The position numbers were made by a program, and so were the translations under genes. DNA of 63,948 nt, the filler included, from Reclinomonas americana ATCC 50394 (taxonomy: Eukaryota), in assembly GCA_048213135.1 (NCBI GenBank). It is 11 parts of 11 records of this genome, joined end to end, with 100 filler letters (N's around TTAATTAATTAA, not from the genome) between each part and the next. Parts side by side here need not be neighbours in the genome. Positions count along the whole stretch, not along the records: positions 35,012 to 43,637 come from AFZH01020859.1; positions 43,738 to 47,846 come from AFZH01020860.1; positions 47,947 to 53,743 come from AFZH01020861.1; 8 more parts are not named here. The stretch is one strand, 5' to 3'. Positions within the stretch are counted from its first letter, which is position 1. The number at the start of each line of letters is the position of its first letter. Shown here one piece after another: positions 38,143 to 51,379 of the stretch. Under the pieces are notes generated by a model. It was given only the letters and a program-made list of their open reading frames with translations, was not told where the DNA came from and did not search any database.

Positions 38143-41100
38143 TCATGCTGATGGTGCCACAAAGCAAGTGGCCAGCGGGAAATGCACCGCGAGCGCACTG
38201 CGGTACTTGACCTCCTCCTCCGCCCCAAACAGGTCATTCACCAGTTGAATTTGGTCAAAAAGGAAGTCCTGCGCGACACCACCCCATGTCAGTCACACTG
38301 TGTCTCGCAGCGGAGACGAATCGGCAGCACGACTCACCCGGCGGAACTTGCAGTTCTCAAAGTTGTGCAGTGCGCGCAAGAGTGCTGCCGAGTTCTCCTC
38401 CGACGGTGCCAACTCACGTGCGCAGCGCGCGTACATCACACGGCCCTCATATGATGCGCGTGTGGCGTCCGAGCGACCGTACGCCTCGTTAACTGCCTCC
38501 GCACCCTGCGCGCCGTACAGTTGCACCGAGGCGATGCCCTCCGGACCACGGAGTGTGGCAAGAACCGCCGGATGCAGGGTCGAAAAGTCGGCTTTCTCAA
38601 CTGAGTGGAGAAGGGGAAAGGGAACAGGAATGTCAGCGGAACAGAAACACACATACGTGCACATCCACGAGCACTCATACAATGACACACACTCATTCGC
38701 TCCTCTTTCTTCATGCAGACGACACGAAAAAGAAGTGACACTGTGGTGGCCTTCGTCACAAAGTTCACAGGGATGGAGTGAAATAGAGAGAGAGAGAAAG
38801 AAAGCGAGGCAGACAATCTCTCGACGAGGCAAAGGGGCTGAGTCAGAATCTTCTTCTCCTTCTTTGCTTGATATTCTCCTCCTCCTTCTACTCTTGACTT
38901 CTTCACGCAGACGACACGAAAAGGGCGTGACACTGTGGTGGCCTTTGTCACAAAGTTCACAGGGATGGGGTGAAATAGAGAGAGAGAGAAAGAAAGCGAG
39001 GCAGACAATCTCTCGACGAGGCAAAGGGGCTGAGTCAGAAAATCTTCTTCTCCTTCTTTGCTTGATATTCTCCTCCTCCTTCTACTCTTGACTTCTTCAC
39101 GCAGACGACACGAAAAAGGAGAGACTCTCTTCTTGGTGGCCTTTGTCACAAAGTTCACAGTGATGGGGTGGAATAGTAAGAGAAGGAAAGCGAGGCAGAC
39201 AAACTCTCAAACAAGAGAATAGCAAATGAAGAGGCAAAGAGGCTGAGTCAGAATTTTCTTCTCCTTCTCCTTCTTCTTCTTCTCTCCCTGTCTCTCACCA
39301 TCAGCAAGGAAGTTCACAGTTAGCCGGTGCACGCGAGGATCATCGCGCCATCTCGACTGCGCACGCTTCACACTTCGCAAGTAGGCCAACCACAACTCTG
39401 CACAGCGTCGCACAAATGTGAGGAGAGTGTCCGTGTGAGGGCGAACACGACATTGCACGAGACTCAACGCTGCGTCCGATACAACTCGCCAGCAAGCAAG
39501 TGCGTCTCCACCGCATCCGCCGCGTGCTCATTGAGTCTCCGCAACAGCACTCGAGCCTCGCCGAGAGGATCCGCCACCTGAAGTGACGAGTGAGTGATGC
39601 ACTCGACAGCAACGCTGCGGAATGCCGTCGCCTACCTTGATGACTTGTGCGCCACGCAGCTCCTTGGCCGACGCATAAATCTCCACCGCACCCCTGGGCA
39701 TCGCCGCCGCTGACGACGACGCTCCTTCTGACGGACCAGCCGCAGCGGAGCCGGAAGCACCTGACGACGACGACGGTCCCTCGCTGTCCACGTCCGTGTC
39801 AGCCGGCGCGTCGCCACCCTTCTCTGTGAATATTTGGAGCGCACGCCGACGTGAGACCAACATCACCGAAGGCACTGCCCGACTGTGAAGCATGACACGC
39901 AACTCTTCTTCTGCTTCTGCAAGTTCTTCTTGGCTTCGTGCTTCTTCTTCTTCTCCAGAGCCTTGCGCTGTGCACTGGTCATGGTGGCCATCAGCTTCTC
40001 GTCCTCGGATTTGCCCAGATCGGGGTTGCCGGCGAGTTGCAAGAAACCCTGTAGCCGGCAATGAGGGACACGCCATATGAAAGAGAAGGACAAGGACGTA
40101 CGCACCGTGGCCAGTCGCACTGCGGCCTTGCGGTAGAAGCGACTCGAGAAAATCGAGTCCATCCACTCCAACAGAGCAATGTACGCTCGCAGGGTGCCCT
40201 TGCGCAGGCAGTAGCCGTGGAAGTCCCATTGATCCTCTAGGTGGTCCACAAAGAACTTGTCGACACACTTGAACTTGCCCATGGCTCCGATAAAGTCGCC
40301 GCGACGCAGCAGGGCCTTGCCTTGTTGCAGCAGGTACCACGACCATTGCATTTCGAAGGCGTTGTTTTCCTCCTAGGCAAGGGGAATTTAGGGGGAAGGG
40401 AGAAGGACGGGGAAGGGAGGGGAAGGGGAAGGAAGGGGAAGGGAGAGAGTGTGAAGAAAGGACGAGAACGGGGAGGAAGTGAATGAGAGATGGCCAAGGA
40501 AACGAATGAACGAGATGGAACTAAGACGGAGAGAGGTGCGGAAACGGAGAAAGTAAGAACACGAATACAACAGGAAGTGAAATGAGAAGGGAGAGGGACG
40601 AGTGAGAGGTGGTGGGAAGTGCAGAGAATGTGTGGTTGAGAAAGAGTAAAAGAGACAAGATGGCGAGAAGATGACGAGGGAGGATGAGAGAGAGCGATCA
40701 ACACGAATGAGGAGAAAAGAAGGAAAAAGGTAATGAAGTAGGGAATGAATGAGCGACAGGAGAGTGAAGGTGAGGAACAGCAGCGAGAAAGTGAGGGGCA
40801 AGTGAGAGACGGAGAGAATGCGCAAACGAGAGAGTAGAGGAGATAGAAGGTGTGGCAAAGATGGAGAGAACGGAGAAGAGATAACGATGCAAAGTGAGAG
40901 TGAGTGACGAGAAGACAAGCAGCAAGTGAAGTGAGAAGAGTGAGGGGCGGATGAAAAGGAGGAAGTGCAGAGAGTGAGCGATTAAGACAGAAAGCAGAAG
41001 GTGCAACATGAACAGCGACATCGCAGAGGAGGAGAAAACAGGAAGTGAAGTGCGAAAGGGTGAGGGACGAGTGCTTGGCGAAGAAAAGTGCAGAGAGTGA

Positions 41101-42225
41101 GCGATTAAGACAGAAAGCAGAAAGTGTGATATGAAGAGCGACATCGCAGAGGAGGAGAAAACAGGAAGTGAAGTGCGAAAGGGTGCGGGGCGGGTGAGAA
41201 GGAGGAAGTGTAGAGAATGAGCGATTAAGACAGAAAGCAGAAGGTGTGACATGAAGAGCGACAAAGAGAACGGCAGAGAGAGAGAGAGAGAAGAAGACTA
41301 AAAAAGTTGGCACCAGTCTTCGTGTGTCATTGCCTCCCACACACCTTCATAAACACCGATGCCGTCTCCTGCGCGCCCACCAGATTCCCAGCGGCCAGTG
41401 CGTACTTGACAGCCATCTTGTTGAGGTAGCGATCGGCAATGTCCAACAAGCGGCCGGCCTCGGCCACCTCGGCCGCACCGAAATAGTCACCAGCGTGCTG
41501 GGTGGTCGAGCGTTAACCTCTGAGAGGCGCGCCCTCATCTCCAACAAAAAATACCTTCAGAATTTTGGCCTTGGCCAGATACACCTCCGCAATGGTGGGT
41601 GTGTGCTGCATGGCGCGCTCAATGGTTGTCACGGCGCGATCACTGGCACCGATTCGGTCGTAGTGCAGTGCGAGAGTCAGGTCGATAAATGGCGACACAA
41701 TCGGCGACTCGGGCTGCACTCGCGACCATAAGACGCTTTGTAATGTGTTTGCGCACAGGACCACACACAAGTGCCTCCTCACCTGCGCTCCCGCCGCTGC
41801 CGCCTCACCCGGCATCGACAGTGGCACACCGCGTTCCACACACGAATTGTAGTGCACCAAGAGCTCCTCAATCGCGGCCACCTTGGCGGCATCGCCGTAG
41901 AGACCGACGAGGCTGGAGAACAGACTTGGAATGCACTTGCGCACGAATGCAGCAGCGTACTTGTGCAGGCGACGCAGGAACTGCTCGCCACGGGTGAAAT
42001 CCAGTGGCACACGTTCAACCATTCGCGATCTCGGATGCAAGCTCGCCAGTTGTGCGTATGTCTCTTCCAGAGTGCGCAAGCTGCGGTCATCCGGTGGTGA
42101 CTGCAGTGTGGAGAGAGAGAAAGAGAGAGGGAATGAGAGGGAGAGGGAGAGGGAGAGGGAGAGGGAGAGGGAGAGGGAAGGAGAGGAAGGAGAGGAAGAG
42201 GAAGGGAGAGGAGAGGAGAGGAGAG

Positions 42226-42264
<39 letters not shown>

Positions 42265-43459
42265 AGAGGAGAGAGGAGGAGAGAGAGGAGGAGAGAGAGG
42301 AGGAGAGAGAGAGAGAGAAGAGGAGAGGAGGAGAGAGAGAGACAAAGAGAGAGAAAGAGAGCGAGAAAGAAAGGTAGTGGAAAAGAAAGAAAGAAATCAT
42401 TAGAGAGAGAGAGAGAGTCAGTCAGTCACACACTTGGAGAACCGAACAAGATTCCAGTCCGTACCTTGCGGAAATGCTTCAGGTCGACGCCGCGCACCGA
42501 GCACAGATATTCGTGGTACTTGATATTTTCGGGATTGGTGTCGACCAGCTGGAGTGCCTCGGCTTCGGCCTGCTCCATGCGACCGAGTTCCAACAGAATC
42601 TCAAAGCGCATTTCGGCTGCGAACAGCGGATCGCGGCACACGTCGTTCTCCACGGCTTCGTGGAGGCACTGCAGAGCCTCCTCCAGCTGCGACACACAGA
42701 GAGTGAGTGATGAATCATGAAAAAAAGGAGAGGACGACCACCAACCTTGCCGGCCTCGCGCATGATTTGGGCGCGGTACATTTGCAACTCGGAAGCCTCC
42801 GTGTCATTGTCCGGCAGACCGCCCGCATCCATTCGACGACCGCGACCACCCTTCTCGTCGGGCTGCAGAGTGTTCCACAGTGATTCCATTGCGCGCAGTG
42901 CCAACTCGGCGTTCTTGTTCAGGTGCTGACCGACAATGAATCCAATCCAGTGTGGTCGCTGCGCCGGCTTCATTTGCAACAATGCTCGTCGCGACACCTG
43001 CACGCACCATCGTGAATCAGTGTGGGTGTTCCCTCCCACCAAGTCTCTCCCACAGTCGCACGAACCAAGAATCCCTTAAAGTTGCGGTTCTGCAGCTGGA
43101 TGAACGACAGATCGCGCAACAGTTGCATGTTGTCCTGTGAGGGGAGAAAAGAGTGTTAGGAGGGAAGGGGATGAGGGTGAAGAGAGAGGGGAGGAGAAAG
43201 AAACACAACTGATTGCAGGCGAACGGCTCGCTTGTAGCACTTCTCGGCCTCGGCGTAGTTGCGGTCGGAGCGGTGGAGGAGGCCGTAGACCTTTAGAAGG
43301 GGAAGGGTGGGGGTGAGGGAAGGAGGAGAGAGGAGGTCGGTGAAGGGGGAAAGAGGGGGAAAGAGGGGGAAAGAGGGGGAAAGAGGGGGAAAGAGGGGGA
43401 AAGAGGGGGAAAGAGGGAAGGAGAGAACTATCCGTACAAACAGAAACGACAAAAGCTGC

Positions 43460-43507
<48 letters not shown>

Positions 43508-43778
43508 AGAGTAGAGAGAGTAGAGAGAGAGAGTAGTACGACGAACGACGTACGACGACGACGGTACCGGTACCGGGAGACGGACGGAGACGACGACGAC
43601 GAGTAGTAACGTACGAGACGTACGGTACGTACGACGTNNNNNNNNNNNNNNNNNNNNNNNNNNNNNNNNNNNNNNNNNNNNTTAATTAATTAANNNNNNN
43701 NNNNNNNNNNNNNNNNNNNNNNNNNNNNNNNNNNNNNAGAGTAGAGACGTAGTAGAGAGAGAGAGAGACGAGAGTAGA

Positions 43779-43830
<52 letters not shown>

Positions 43831-44737
43831 GCACGCACGCACACAGAGAGAAAAGAGTACAAAATGCACCGTACGCCCGCAGAACAGTACACAAAGAAGT
43901 GAGGAAGTGGAGAGAGACAGAGAGGGAGGAGAGAATGCACAGCGTGCCCGCAGACACAGCAGCCATGAGAGGAAGGAAGGGAAGGACAACCCGCACCTGG
44001 ACAGAAGAAGAGGAGAGTGCAAGAACACACGCCACGATCGGAAAGACAGGAAGGAAATGACAGAGTGGGGAGAGCATGAACAGCAGAACACCAGTGACGA
44101 TGGGGGGAACGAAAGGCGAGAAGGACCCGACTGGGAGGAGAGATCGGAGACGAGAATGCATGATACAGGAGAAGAGAGGAGCTCCTCAGACAACAACAAC
44201 ACCCACAATGCATTCCGCTCGCCCCTCACGCAACATGCCAGCACACGTGGCTATCCAATGCCTTCTCCAGTCCACGCTTGGCGCACTCATACGCCTCCGC
44301 CTGCACGCAGACAACTCAGTCTCACACACACACACACAGTGAGAGAAATCGCAGTGCCTCTCGCCCACCTTGCGATCGACGCTGTTGAGGATGAGACCGC
44401 GCATTGACAGAGTCTCTGCGCCACACACACACACACAGTGTGGTGTGTGAGAGAGAGGAGAGACATGTCACACACAGTGCGCGTCACAGACCGCCGTGAT
44501 CAGGACACTTGCGGAGAATCTGGTCTGTGATCTTCAGTGCCTTGGTGTGCTGCTTGGACTCGTACAGCTTCTGCACAAGGAGAGGGAGCGGGGGAAAGAG
44601 CGTGTGAGTGGCACATTTCAAGTCATCTCACGCACACGCGCGCGCAAGCGCGCCCCACTCTCTGGATTGCGGTGGATTGCAGACGGAACTGTGAGGTCGC
44701 GGAACATGCCGCGCTCCTTGGCCGGCAGAGAGTCCAT
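38143..44737 (-). CDS. NAA15: N-alpha-acetyltransferase NatA auxiliary subunit (spans the gap at 43638)
   Basis: MDSLPAKERGMFRDL|KLYESKQHTKALK...CPDHG|ETLSMRGL...SHVCWHV|YGLLHRSDRNYAEAEKCYKRA; HTPTIAEVYLAKAKILK|HAGD; LDIADRYLNK; MQWSWYL; EDQWDFHGYCLRKGTLRAY. Confidence 0.95.
38716..39275. repeat. ~192-bp tandem repeat, ~3 copies, inside an NAA15 intron
   Basis: The unit begins GCAGACGACACGAAAA at ~38716, ~38908 and ~39101 and contains GTCACAAAGTTCACAG and GGCTGAGTCAGAA. The first two copies are near-identical. Confidence 0.9.
40960..41270. repeat. ~121-bp tandem repeat, ~2.5-3 copies, inside an NAA15 intron
   Basis: GAGCGATTAAGACAGAAAGCAGAA recurs at ~40976, ~41099 and ~41219. Confidence 0.85.
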
Positions 44738-45116
44738 GGTGATCTCGTGATCAAAGTGCAAAAGTGATTCGCGGGACACGCAAAGGACATTGCCTTTCTC
44801 CTTCGTTGATTCTTCTTTCTTTCTCACACTCAGCGTGCGGTTTGTTGCGTGGCTGCACATGCTTCGTGCAGCGACTTTTGCAGAGTTTGAAAGAGAGACG
44901 GCGGAGTGACGTCGGATCGGAAATTTTGCAGTGTGATTGCGAAGTCAGCGTGAAGGCCGCGTAGAGTCCCTTTGATGACTGTGGCGACGTGTGAGAGTTT
45001 GAGGAGCAGAGGAGTAGAGAGAGAAGACAAGAGAGGCACAAGAGGCAGAGAGAGGAAGAGAGAGTGTGTGTGTGAATGTGTGAGAGGGAGTGTGTGTGAG
45101 GAGAGAGAGGGAGTGA

Positions 45117-45151
<35 letters not shown>

Positions 45152-45179
45152 TGAGAGTGTAAGAGAACAGAGTACAAGA

Positions 45180-45390
45180 GGGAACCACAGATCTTGTTGC
45201 AGAAAGCGAGATGCAGAGTGTGAGTGTGTGAGAGGGAGTGTGCGAGAGAGTGCAAGAAAGAGAGTGACAAGAGGGAGCCACAGATCTTGTTGCAGAAATT
45301 GAGATGCAGAGTGAGAGAGAGAGAGAGAGAGAGAGAAAAGGGAATGACAGAGAGATCCACAGTTCTTGTTGCAGAAGGCGAGATGTAGAA
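45180..45390. repeat. Degenerate ~85-bp tandem repeat (3 copies) upstream of NAA15
   Basis: CACAG(A/T)TCTTGTTGCAGAA..GAGATG recurs at ~45186, ~45279 and ~45358. Confidence 0.75.
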
Positions 45391-45938
45391 GAGAGGATTG
45401 CTCAGCTTCCCAGTGGCGTTCTGCAACTCCTTCGCTGCACAAAGCGATCTCCGCCACAAACGCTCAACTCCGCTTCATGCATGCATGCATGCATGACACG
45501 CGTCAATCCTTCTTCTTCTTCTTCTTCTTCGCGATCACCAACGATAACGATGACGGTGATGATTAAAGCACGAACACATCCGTTGCAGAGCGTACCGATA
45601 CACGCCAACGGTCGTTGCATCCACTACTCCACTCATCGCCACATGCGCACAAATTGGCGCCTTTTTTCAAAGTCTTTCGCCCGTTGTTAAAAAAATCCAG
45701 TACCTCTGCTCTGTTTCACACTGGATATCGTGTCTCATCTCTCACAGAGCACACACACACTGTGACACACACACGCGCGCACACGTGTTTGCCTTTGGTT
45801 TTTGTGTGAATCCACGTGTGGTGTGTGTGTCCGACAACTCTTGTCGCGTCGTCCCATTCTTTCCACGCACAACAATCATTGCTTTTCTGCGCGCGCACGC
45901 ACCACCTGCCCTCTTCCCTCACACACACACAAACAAGA

Positions 45939-46610
45939 ATGCAACTTGCTGAGCCTGCCGACTGCTGCAACAGCCCCACCACATCGTCCTCTGTGCTGCG
46001 CTGGAGGCGGCATCGTCGCCAGTCGCTGTCTCGTCGCGATGATTCGGCTCCTCTCTCGAAATCGCCACCTGCCTCCACCAACGAGAACATGCTTGCTGCA
46101 CCTGCTGCGACAACAACAACAGCCAGCAGCAATGGAAGCAGCAGTGGCGTGCGATCAGATGCCTCTAGCGATCTGCAACAGCAACTACAAAAGGTGATGA
46201 TTGTTGTCTTGATCAGCACGCGCGCGCGCGCCACTCGTGCCTGACTTTTTCGTGTCGAGCAGCAACGACGCAACAGCCAGCTTACACAAGCGACGTTGCT
46301 GAAACACGCGCTGCGATCGGCGGCCTCGACGATCCGCCCACGACCGGACTCGCCACCTTCTGCTGTTGCCGCCTCGCCCACTGGTCTGTCTGTGGCACTA
46401 CGCGCGCGGTTGCGTGCCACTGTGGAGGCGGCCATGGCCGGCACCAATGCCACGCAGCTGCAACGCAAGGCGTACCTCGCGCAGTTGGTGTGCGAGTTTG
46501 AGGAGCTGAATGGGCGCGTCGACTCGTGGTTGCACGATCTGGCCATTGACGACACGCTGTCGCCGTTGCATGAGCAGATGCCGTGCTGTGTGCCCGAGGA
46601 GTGCACATGA
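45939..46610 (+). CDS. Hypothetical protein (2 exons)
   Basis: MQLAEPADCCNSP...QQQLQK|QRRNSQL...LRARLRATVEAAM...VPEECT*. Coding-like composition; an intron of ~70 nt at ~46194-46262. Confidence 0.5.
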
Positions 46611-46850
46611 TTGCTGCATGTTGCATGTATGTTGTACAAAGTTGTTTTGCTTGATTTTTGTTTTGCATTGTTGTTGTTTCGCTTTCTTCTTTTCTGGTTT
46701 TTCTTTTTGTTTTCCTTGCTGTGTGTGGCAGGAAAGACGGTAATTGAGAGAGACGCAGATAAACGCGATGAGGCGGGCGATGAGATATCGATATCTGCTG
46801 AAGGAAATTTCACTTGACTTAGCCGTTTTGTGGAGTTTTTGTAACACGCG

Positions 46851-47973
46851 ATGAGCACAAAGTACAACGAAGTGGAGCTTCCTCTCCAGAAGGACTTCCC
46901 AGAGGTTTGTGTATGTGAGAGAGAGAGGGAGAGAGGGGAGGGAGAAGAAAGAAGAGGACAGACGTTGATGACATGAAGCAACTGACGATCTCTTGTTGCT
47001 CTCTCTTGGTGTGTGTGTGTGTGAGAGAGAGGAGAGAGAGAGAGAGAGAGAGAGCGATAACAAGAGAAGAACTGACTTGCACTTTCGTTCTCAACTGTCT
47101 CCCTCTTCCCTTCCTCTCTCTCTCTCCTGTGCGTGAAAGAGAGTGTGTGTGGCAGTGTGTGTGAGGGAGACACAGGGAAAACAGCGTCGATTGCAAAGCA
47201 GTCGTTGGCATGCTCTTTCGTTCACTCTCTCTTCTCCTCTCTCTCTTCTCCCTCTCCCGTCCTCTCCCCGTCCTCCCTCTCCCTCATGTACATGCAACAG
47301 TGTGTGAGAGAAAGAAGACATCGCTGTTGAGCAAAGCTCCCGACATTTCATTTTCGTTCTCAAGTGACTCCCCCTTCCCTTCCTCTCTCTCTTGTGTGAA
47401 AGAGAGTGTGCGAATGAACGGCAGTGTGTGTGTGTGTGTGAGAGAGAGAGAGACAGGGAGAACAGCGTTTCTAGCAAAGCAGTTGTTGTCATTCACTTTC
47501 GTTTTCTCTCTCTGTCTCTTCCCCTCTCTTTCTTCTCCCTTCCTCGTTCTCCCTCTCCATCTCCCTCTTGTACGTGGAGCAGTGTGAGAGAGAAAGAGGG
47601 CATCCCTGCTGTCGAGCAACGCACCTGACATTTCATTTTCGTCCTTGCCATGCCGCTCTCCCCCTCTCGCTTGTGCATGTGACTGTGGGAGAGCAGGTCA
47701 GCACGAGTAGTCAGCATGCTCTTGCGTTCACTCTCTCCCGTTTCCATACTCTTGTGCGTGTGACAGTGAGAGAGGCGGGGAGAACAATACCAGAAATCGT
47801 TGCGTTCTCTCTCTTCTCCTCTCTCCCCTCCTCTTGTACGTCGAACNNNNNNNNNNNNNNNNNNNNNNNNNNNNNNNNNNNNNNNNNNNNTTAATTAATT
47901 AANNNNNNNNNNNNNNNNNNNNNNNNNNNNNNNNNNNNNNNNNNNNGAGTCGAGTGACGAGAGAGAGTGACGT

Positions 47974-48055
<82 letters not shown>

Positions 48056-48532
48056 CAGGGAGAACAGCGTCGATTGCAAAGCAGTTGTGCTCTTTCGTTC
48101 TCTCTTCTTCCTCCCTTGTCCTTTCCCCCGTCCGCGTGAGAGAGAGGTGTCGCTGTCGAGCAAAGCACCCGTCATTCCACTCCTTCCTCTCTCTCTCTCT
48201 CTCTCTCTCTTTTGTAAATTTGACTGTGTGAGAGAGAAAGACAGTAGAACAGGACCGTCCACCCTCTCCCGTTTCCCTCCACTTGTGCGTTGAAGAGAGA
48301 GTCAGGGAGAACAGCATCGCTAGCGACCAATCGTTGTCATTCACTTTCGTTCTCTTTCTCCCCCTCCCCCCTCCTCACCCTCCCCTCCCTCTCGCCACAG
48401 ATTCTGAAGAACTTTACGCGCGAGGTGCTGCGGAGCCAGCCGCGCGACATTTACGCGTTTGGGGCACAGTACTTTGCGGATTTGGCGAGGCAAGCAGAGC
48501 AGGGTGGCAGCGGTGGTGGCGGCAGGTCGTGA
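46851..48532 (+). CDS. Small stand-alone RIIa dimerisation/docking-domain protein (~61 aa; Sp17/RSP7/RSP11-like D/D domain)
   Basis: Exon 46851-46904 (MSTKYNEVELPLQKDFPE) joins in phase 0 to exon 48401-48532 (ILKNFTREVLRSQPRDIYAFGAQYFADLARQAEQGGSGGGGRS*), giving a classic RIIa motif. Confidence 0.8.
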
Positions 48533-48665
48533 GGGCACGTGAGGAGGAGGAGGAGGGCGACACACACACACATGCAACGAATTTGAGTGGAATGGAGTTG
48601 CGAAGAAAGTGTAGTTCTCCGTACACTACATGTTGCTGTTGTGCGCGCGTGTGCGTGTTGCGCGT

Positions 48666-51339
48666 CAGGTACCGAATTCCTGTGCGGGCGGTGAGGGGAG
48701 GGGGACATGGGGACGGGGGAAGGAGATGGGAGGCGCAGCTCACCGATTCTGTCTCCGAGGCTAATGTGGACATGCGGCCGAATGATACAGAGTCTGGGTC
48801 GATGCGACCGCCTACAACATGTGTAATGAGACAAAGGGAAGGGAGCGAGAGGGAGATACAAAAAGAGGCGATGAGGTACAGAGAAGAAGCAGAGTACAAC
48901 CGAGAAATTTCCGATAGGATAACAGCGTTTGTGGAACAGCTGCTTCTCAACGCCAGCAACAGAAACAAGGAAGGCAAGCCTGCAGCTCTCTCCAACACAC
49001 ACGCATGCATCAACATCCAGCTGCTTCTCAACACAAGCAACAGAAACGGAAAGACAACCGCACTTCTCAACACGCTTCCTCTTCTAGCACCAGAAACTGA
49101 GACAGCAGGCCTTTTTGCAGAACGCTCTTCCTCTCTGCACGCTTCTCAGCACCGACAGAAGGAAAGTTCTTCTGCTGAACACGCTGCCTCCTTCCAAGAC
49201 CAGCAACACAAGAAGGGGAGCTTGCTGCGGAACACCCTCCCTCCAGCACCAAAAACAGAAACGGCAGGCCAGCTGCAATACTAACTATCTCCCTCACGAT
49301 TCTCCAACAACTGACTCGAGCACGGCAAGCACAACACCCTTCCCACCCTTCCCCTATTTCCCCCCTCCCCTACCCCACGCACCCGGCTCCATATCATCAT
49401 CATACACCCTCGGCAACTTATACGACTGATGCATCTCCATCCACGCATTCAACGCCGCCAGCGCCTCATCGCGCGACGCCCTGCTCTCAAACGCCAAGAA
49501 CCATACTCGATCTGTGAATGGGAGTCAGTGCCACCCACTCAGAGACACGCAGAGACACAGACACACACACCCATTGGGTTCAGTGGCTCAATCACCAACA
49601 CGTTCTGGCGACCACCATGCGCGTCTAGTCGCCGTATGCGCCCAATGCTGCTCTGCACGATTTCTCCTTTTGTTTTCCGGCCCTGCACGGAGAACAAGAG
49701 AAGATGATCATGACAAGAAGAAGAAGGGGGGAGGGGGGAAAGAGGAGGAGGGGGGAGGAGAAGGAAACGGAGGGGAAGAACAAGAACAAGAGCAAGAAGC
49801 AGATGAAGAGAACAAGAAGAGAGGAGGAGGAGGAGAAGAAGAAGAAAGAGGAGGAAGCGAAGAAAGAAGACAGTGAGAAGAAGGGCAGGAAGCGGATGAA
49901 GAGCAAACAAGAAAAAGAAGATGATCGAAAAGAACAAGAGGAAGAAGAACGGCAGGAAGCAGATGATGAAGAAGGACAGGATGGAGAAGAAGATCAAGGA
50001 GAATAAGAACAAGGAGGAGAGGAGGAGGAGAGGAAGAAGGGCAGGGAGCAGATAAAGACGAAGAAGAAGGAGGAGAAGAACAAGAACAAGAAAAAAGAGG
50101 AGGAAGCGAAGAAGGAAGACAGGGAGAAGGAGGAGAGGAAGAAGAATAGACGGAGGAGAGAAAGGAGACGACGACAGAGCAGAGCAAGAAGAGAAGAGGA
50201 AGAGGAAGAACAGCTGGTAACAGATGATGAAGAAGGACACGATGGAATAGGATCGAGGAGAAGAAGAACGAGAGGAGGAGGCGAAGAAGGAAGACAAAGA
50301 GGAGGAGAAGAGGGGCAGGAAGCAGATGGAGAGCAAACAAAAAGAGAGGAGAAGGAGAGGAAGAAAGAGGAAGAGGCGAAGAAGGAAGACAGTGAGAAGG
50401 AGGAGAGGAAGGAGACGACGACAAAGAAGAATAAGAAAAGAAGATCAAGAGAGACGAGGAAGAGGAACAACAGGAAGCAGTTGAAGAAGATCAGGGAGAA
50501 GAACAAGGAGAAGGAGGAGGACAAGATGAAGGGCAAGAAGCAGATGAAGACGAAGACGAACAAGGAGAGGAAAGAGAAGGAGGAGAGAAAGAAGCAAATG
50601 ATCAAGAAGAAGCAGGAAGCAGATGATGAAGCAGAAGAACAAGAAGAAGATCAGGGAGAAGAACAAGAAGAAGGAGGAGGCGAGGAAGAAGGGCAAGAAG
50701 CAGATGAAAACGAAGAAGAACAAGGAGAGGATGAACAGGAAACAGATGATGACAAAGGACAGGATGGAGAAGAAGATCAAGGAGAAGAACGAGGAAGAGG
50801 GAACAGCAGGAAGCAGTTGAAGATGATCAGGGAGAAGAACAAGAAGAAGGAGGAGGAGAGCAAGAAGGGCAAGAAGCAGATGAAAACGAAGAAGAACAAG
50901 GAGAGGAAAGAGAAGGAGGAGAGGAAGAAGCAAATGATCAAGAAGAACAGGAAGCAGATGATGAAGCAGAACAAGATGATCAGGGAGAAGAACAAGAAGA
51001 AGAAGAAGGAGGAGGAGAAGAAGACGAAGACGAACAAGGAGAGGAAAGAAAAGGAGGAGAGAAGAAGATATTGATCACAAGATCACAAAGCAAAAGCATC
51101 AGAAGACGAAAAAAAAGCAGAAGAGAGGATCGCCCACGCAACAGGCCCATCCTTATCATGATACGTCACAATGCCACTGTCCAGCACAAAGAACCGACGC
51201 TGCACAACAAAACAAATAAGCCTCAACACAAAGACACACTCACAGAGTCACACACCTTCCACGATCGCACCACAGCGCCCTCCTTGAACGCCCAAAAAAA
51301 CCGCACAGAAGACGACGAGCTGCTTCCAGGCACACTCAT
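48666..51339 (-). CDS. Small PH-domain protein (6 exons, two introns expanded)
   Basis: MSVPG...FKEGAVVRSWK|RRFFVLDSGIVTYHDKDGP|GRKTKGEI...LVIEPLNPM|DRVWFLAFESRASRDEALAALNAW...|GGRIDPDS...|EFGT*. This fits the PH consensus (KxGxxxKSWKRRxFVL plus C-terminal helix). Confidence 0.8.
49690..51135. repeat. ~1.4-kb polypurine (GAA/GAG-rich) low-complexity intron with internal degenerate repeats
   Basis: Almost purely A/G on the + strand, with recurring GAAGCAGATGA and GATCAGGGAGAAGAACAAG. It lies between in-frame PH exons. Confidence 0.85.
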
Positions 51340-51379
51340 TATTAAACAGACAGACACAGACAGACAGGACACAAGAATC

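Noticed and set aside
43500..43637. Odd GTAC/GACG-rich sequence at contig ends (also ~59710-59739, ~53700-53743)
   Set aside because: Looks like degraded flow-sequencing read tails following microsatellites, directly against gaps.
44790..45640. Possible small minus-strand gene upstream of NAA15
   Set aside because: Some coding-like patches, but I could not build a consistent spliced frame or recognise a motif.
45716..47173. 485-aa minus-strand ORF
   Set aside because: Made of microsatellite and low-complexity translation plus the antisense of two plus-strand genes.
48283..49284. 333-aa plus-strand ORF
   Set aside because: It overlaps RIIa exon 2 out of frame and lies antisense to PH-gene exons and a repeat-containing intron; no domain evidence.
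49539..51074. Long Lys/Glu-rich and Leu/Phe/Ser-rich ORFs on both strands
   Set aside because: Translations of a polypurine intron lying between in-frame PH-domain exons; stop codons are scarce because of base composition.
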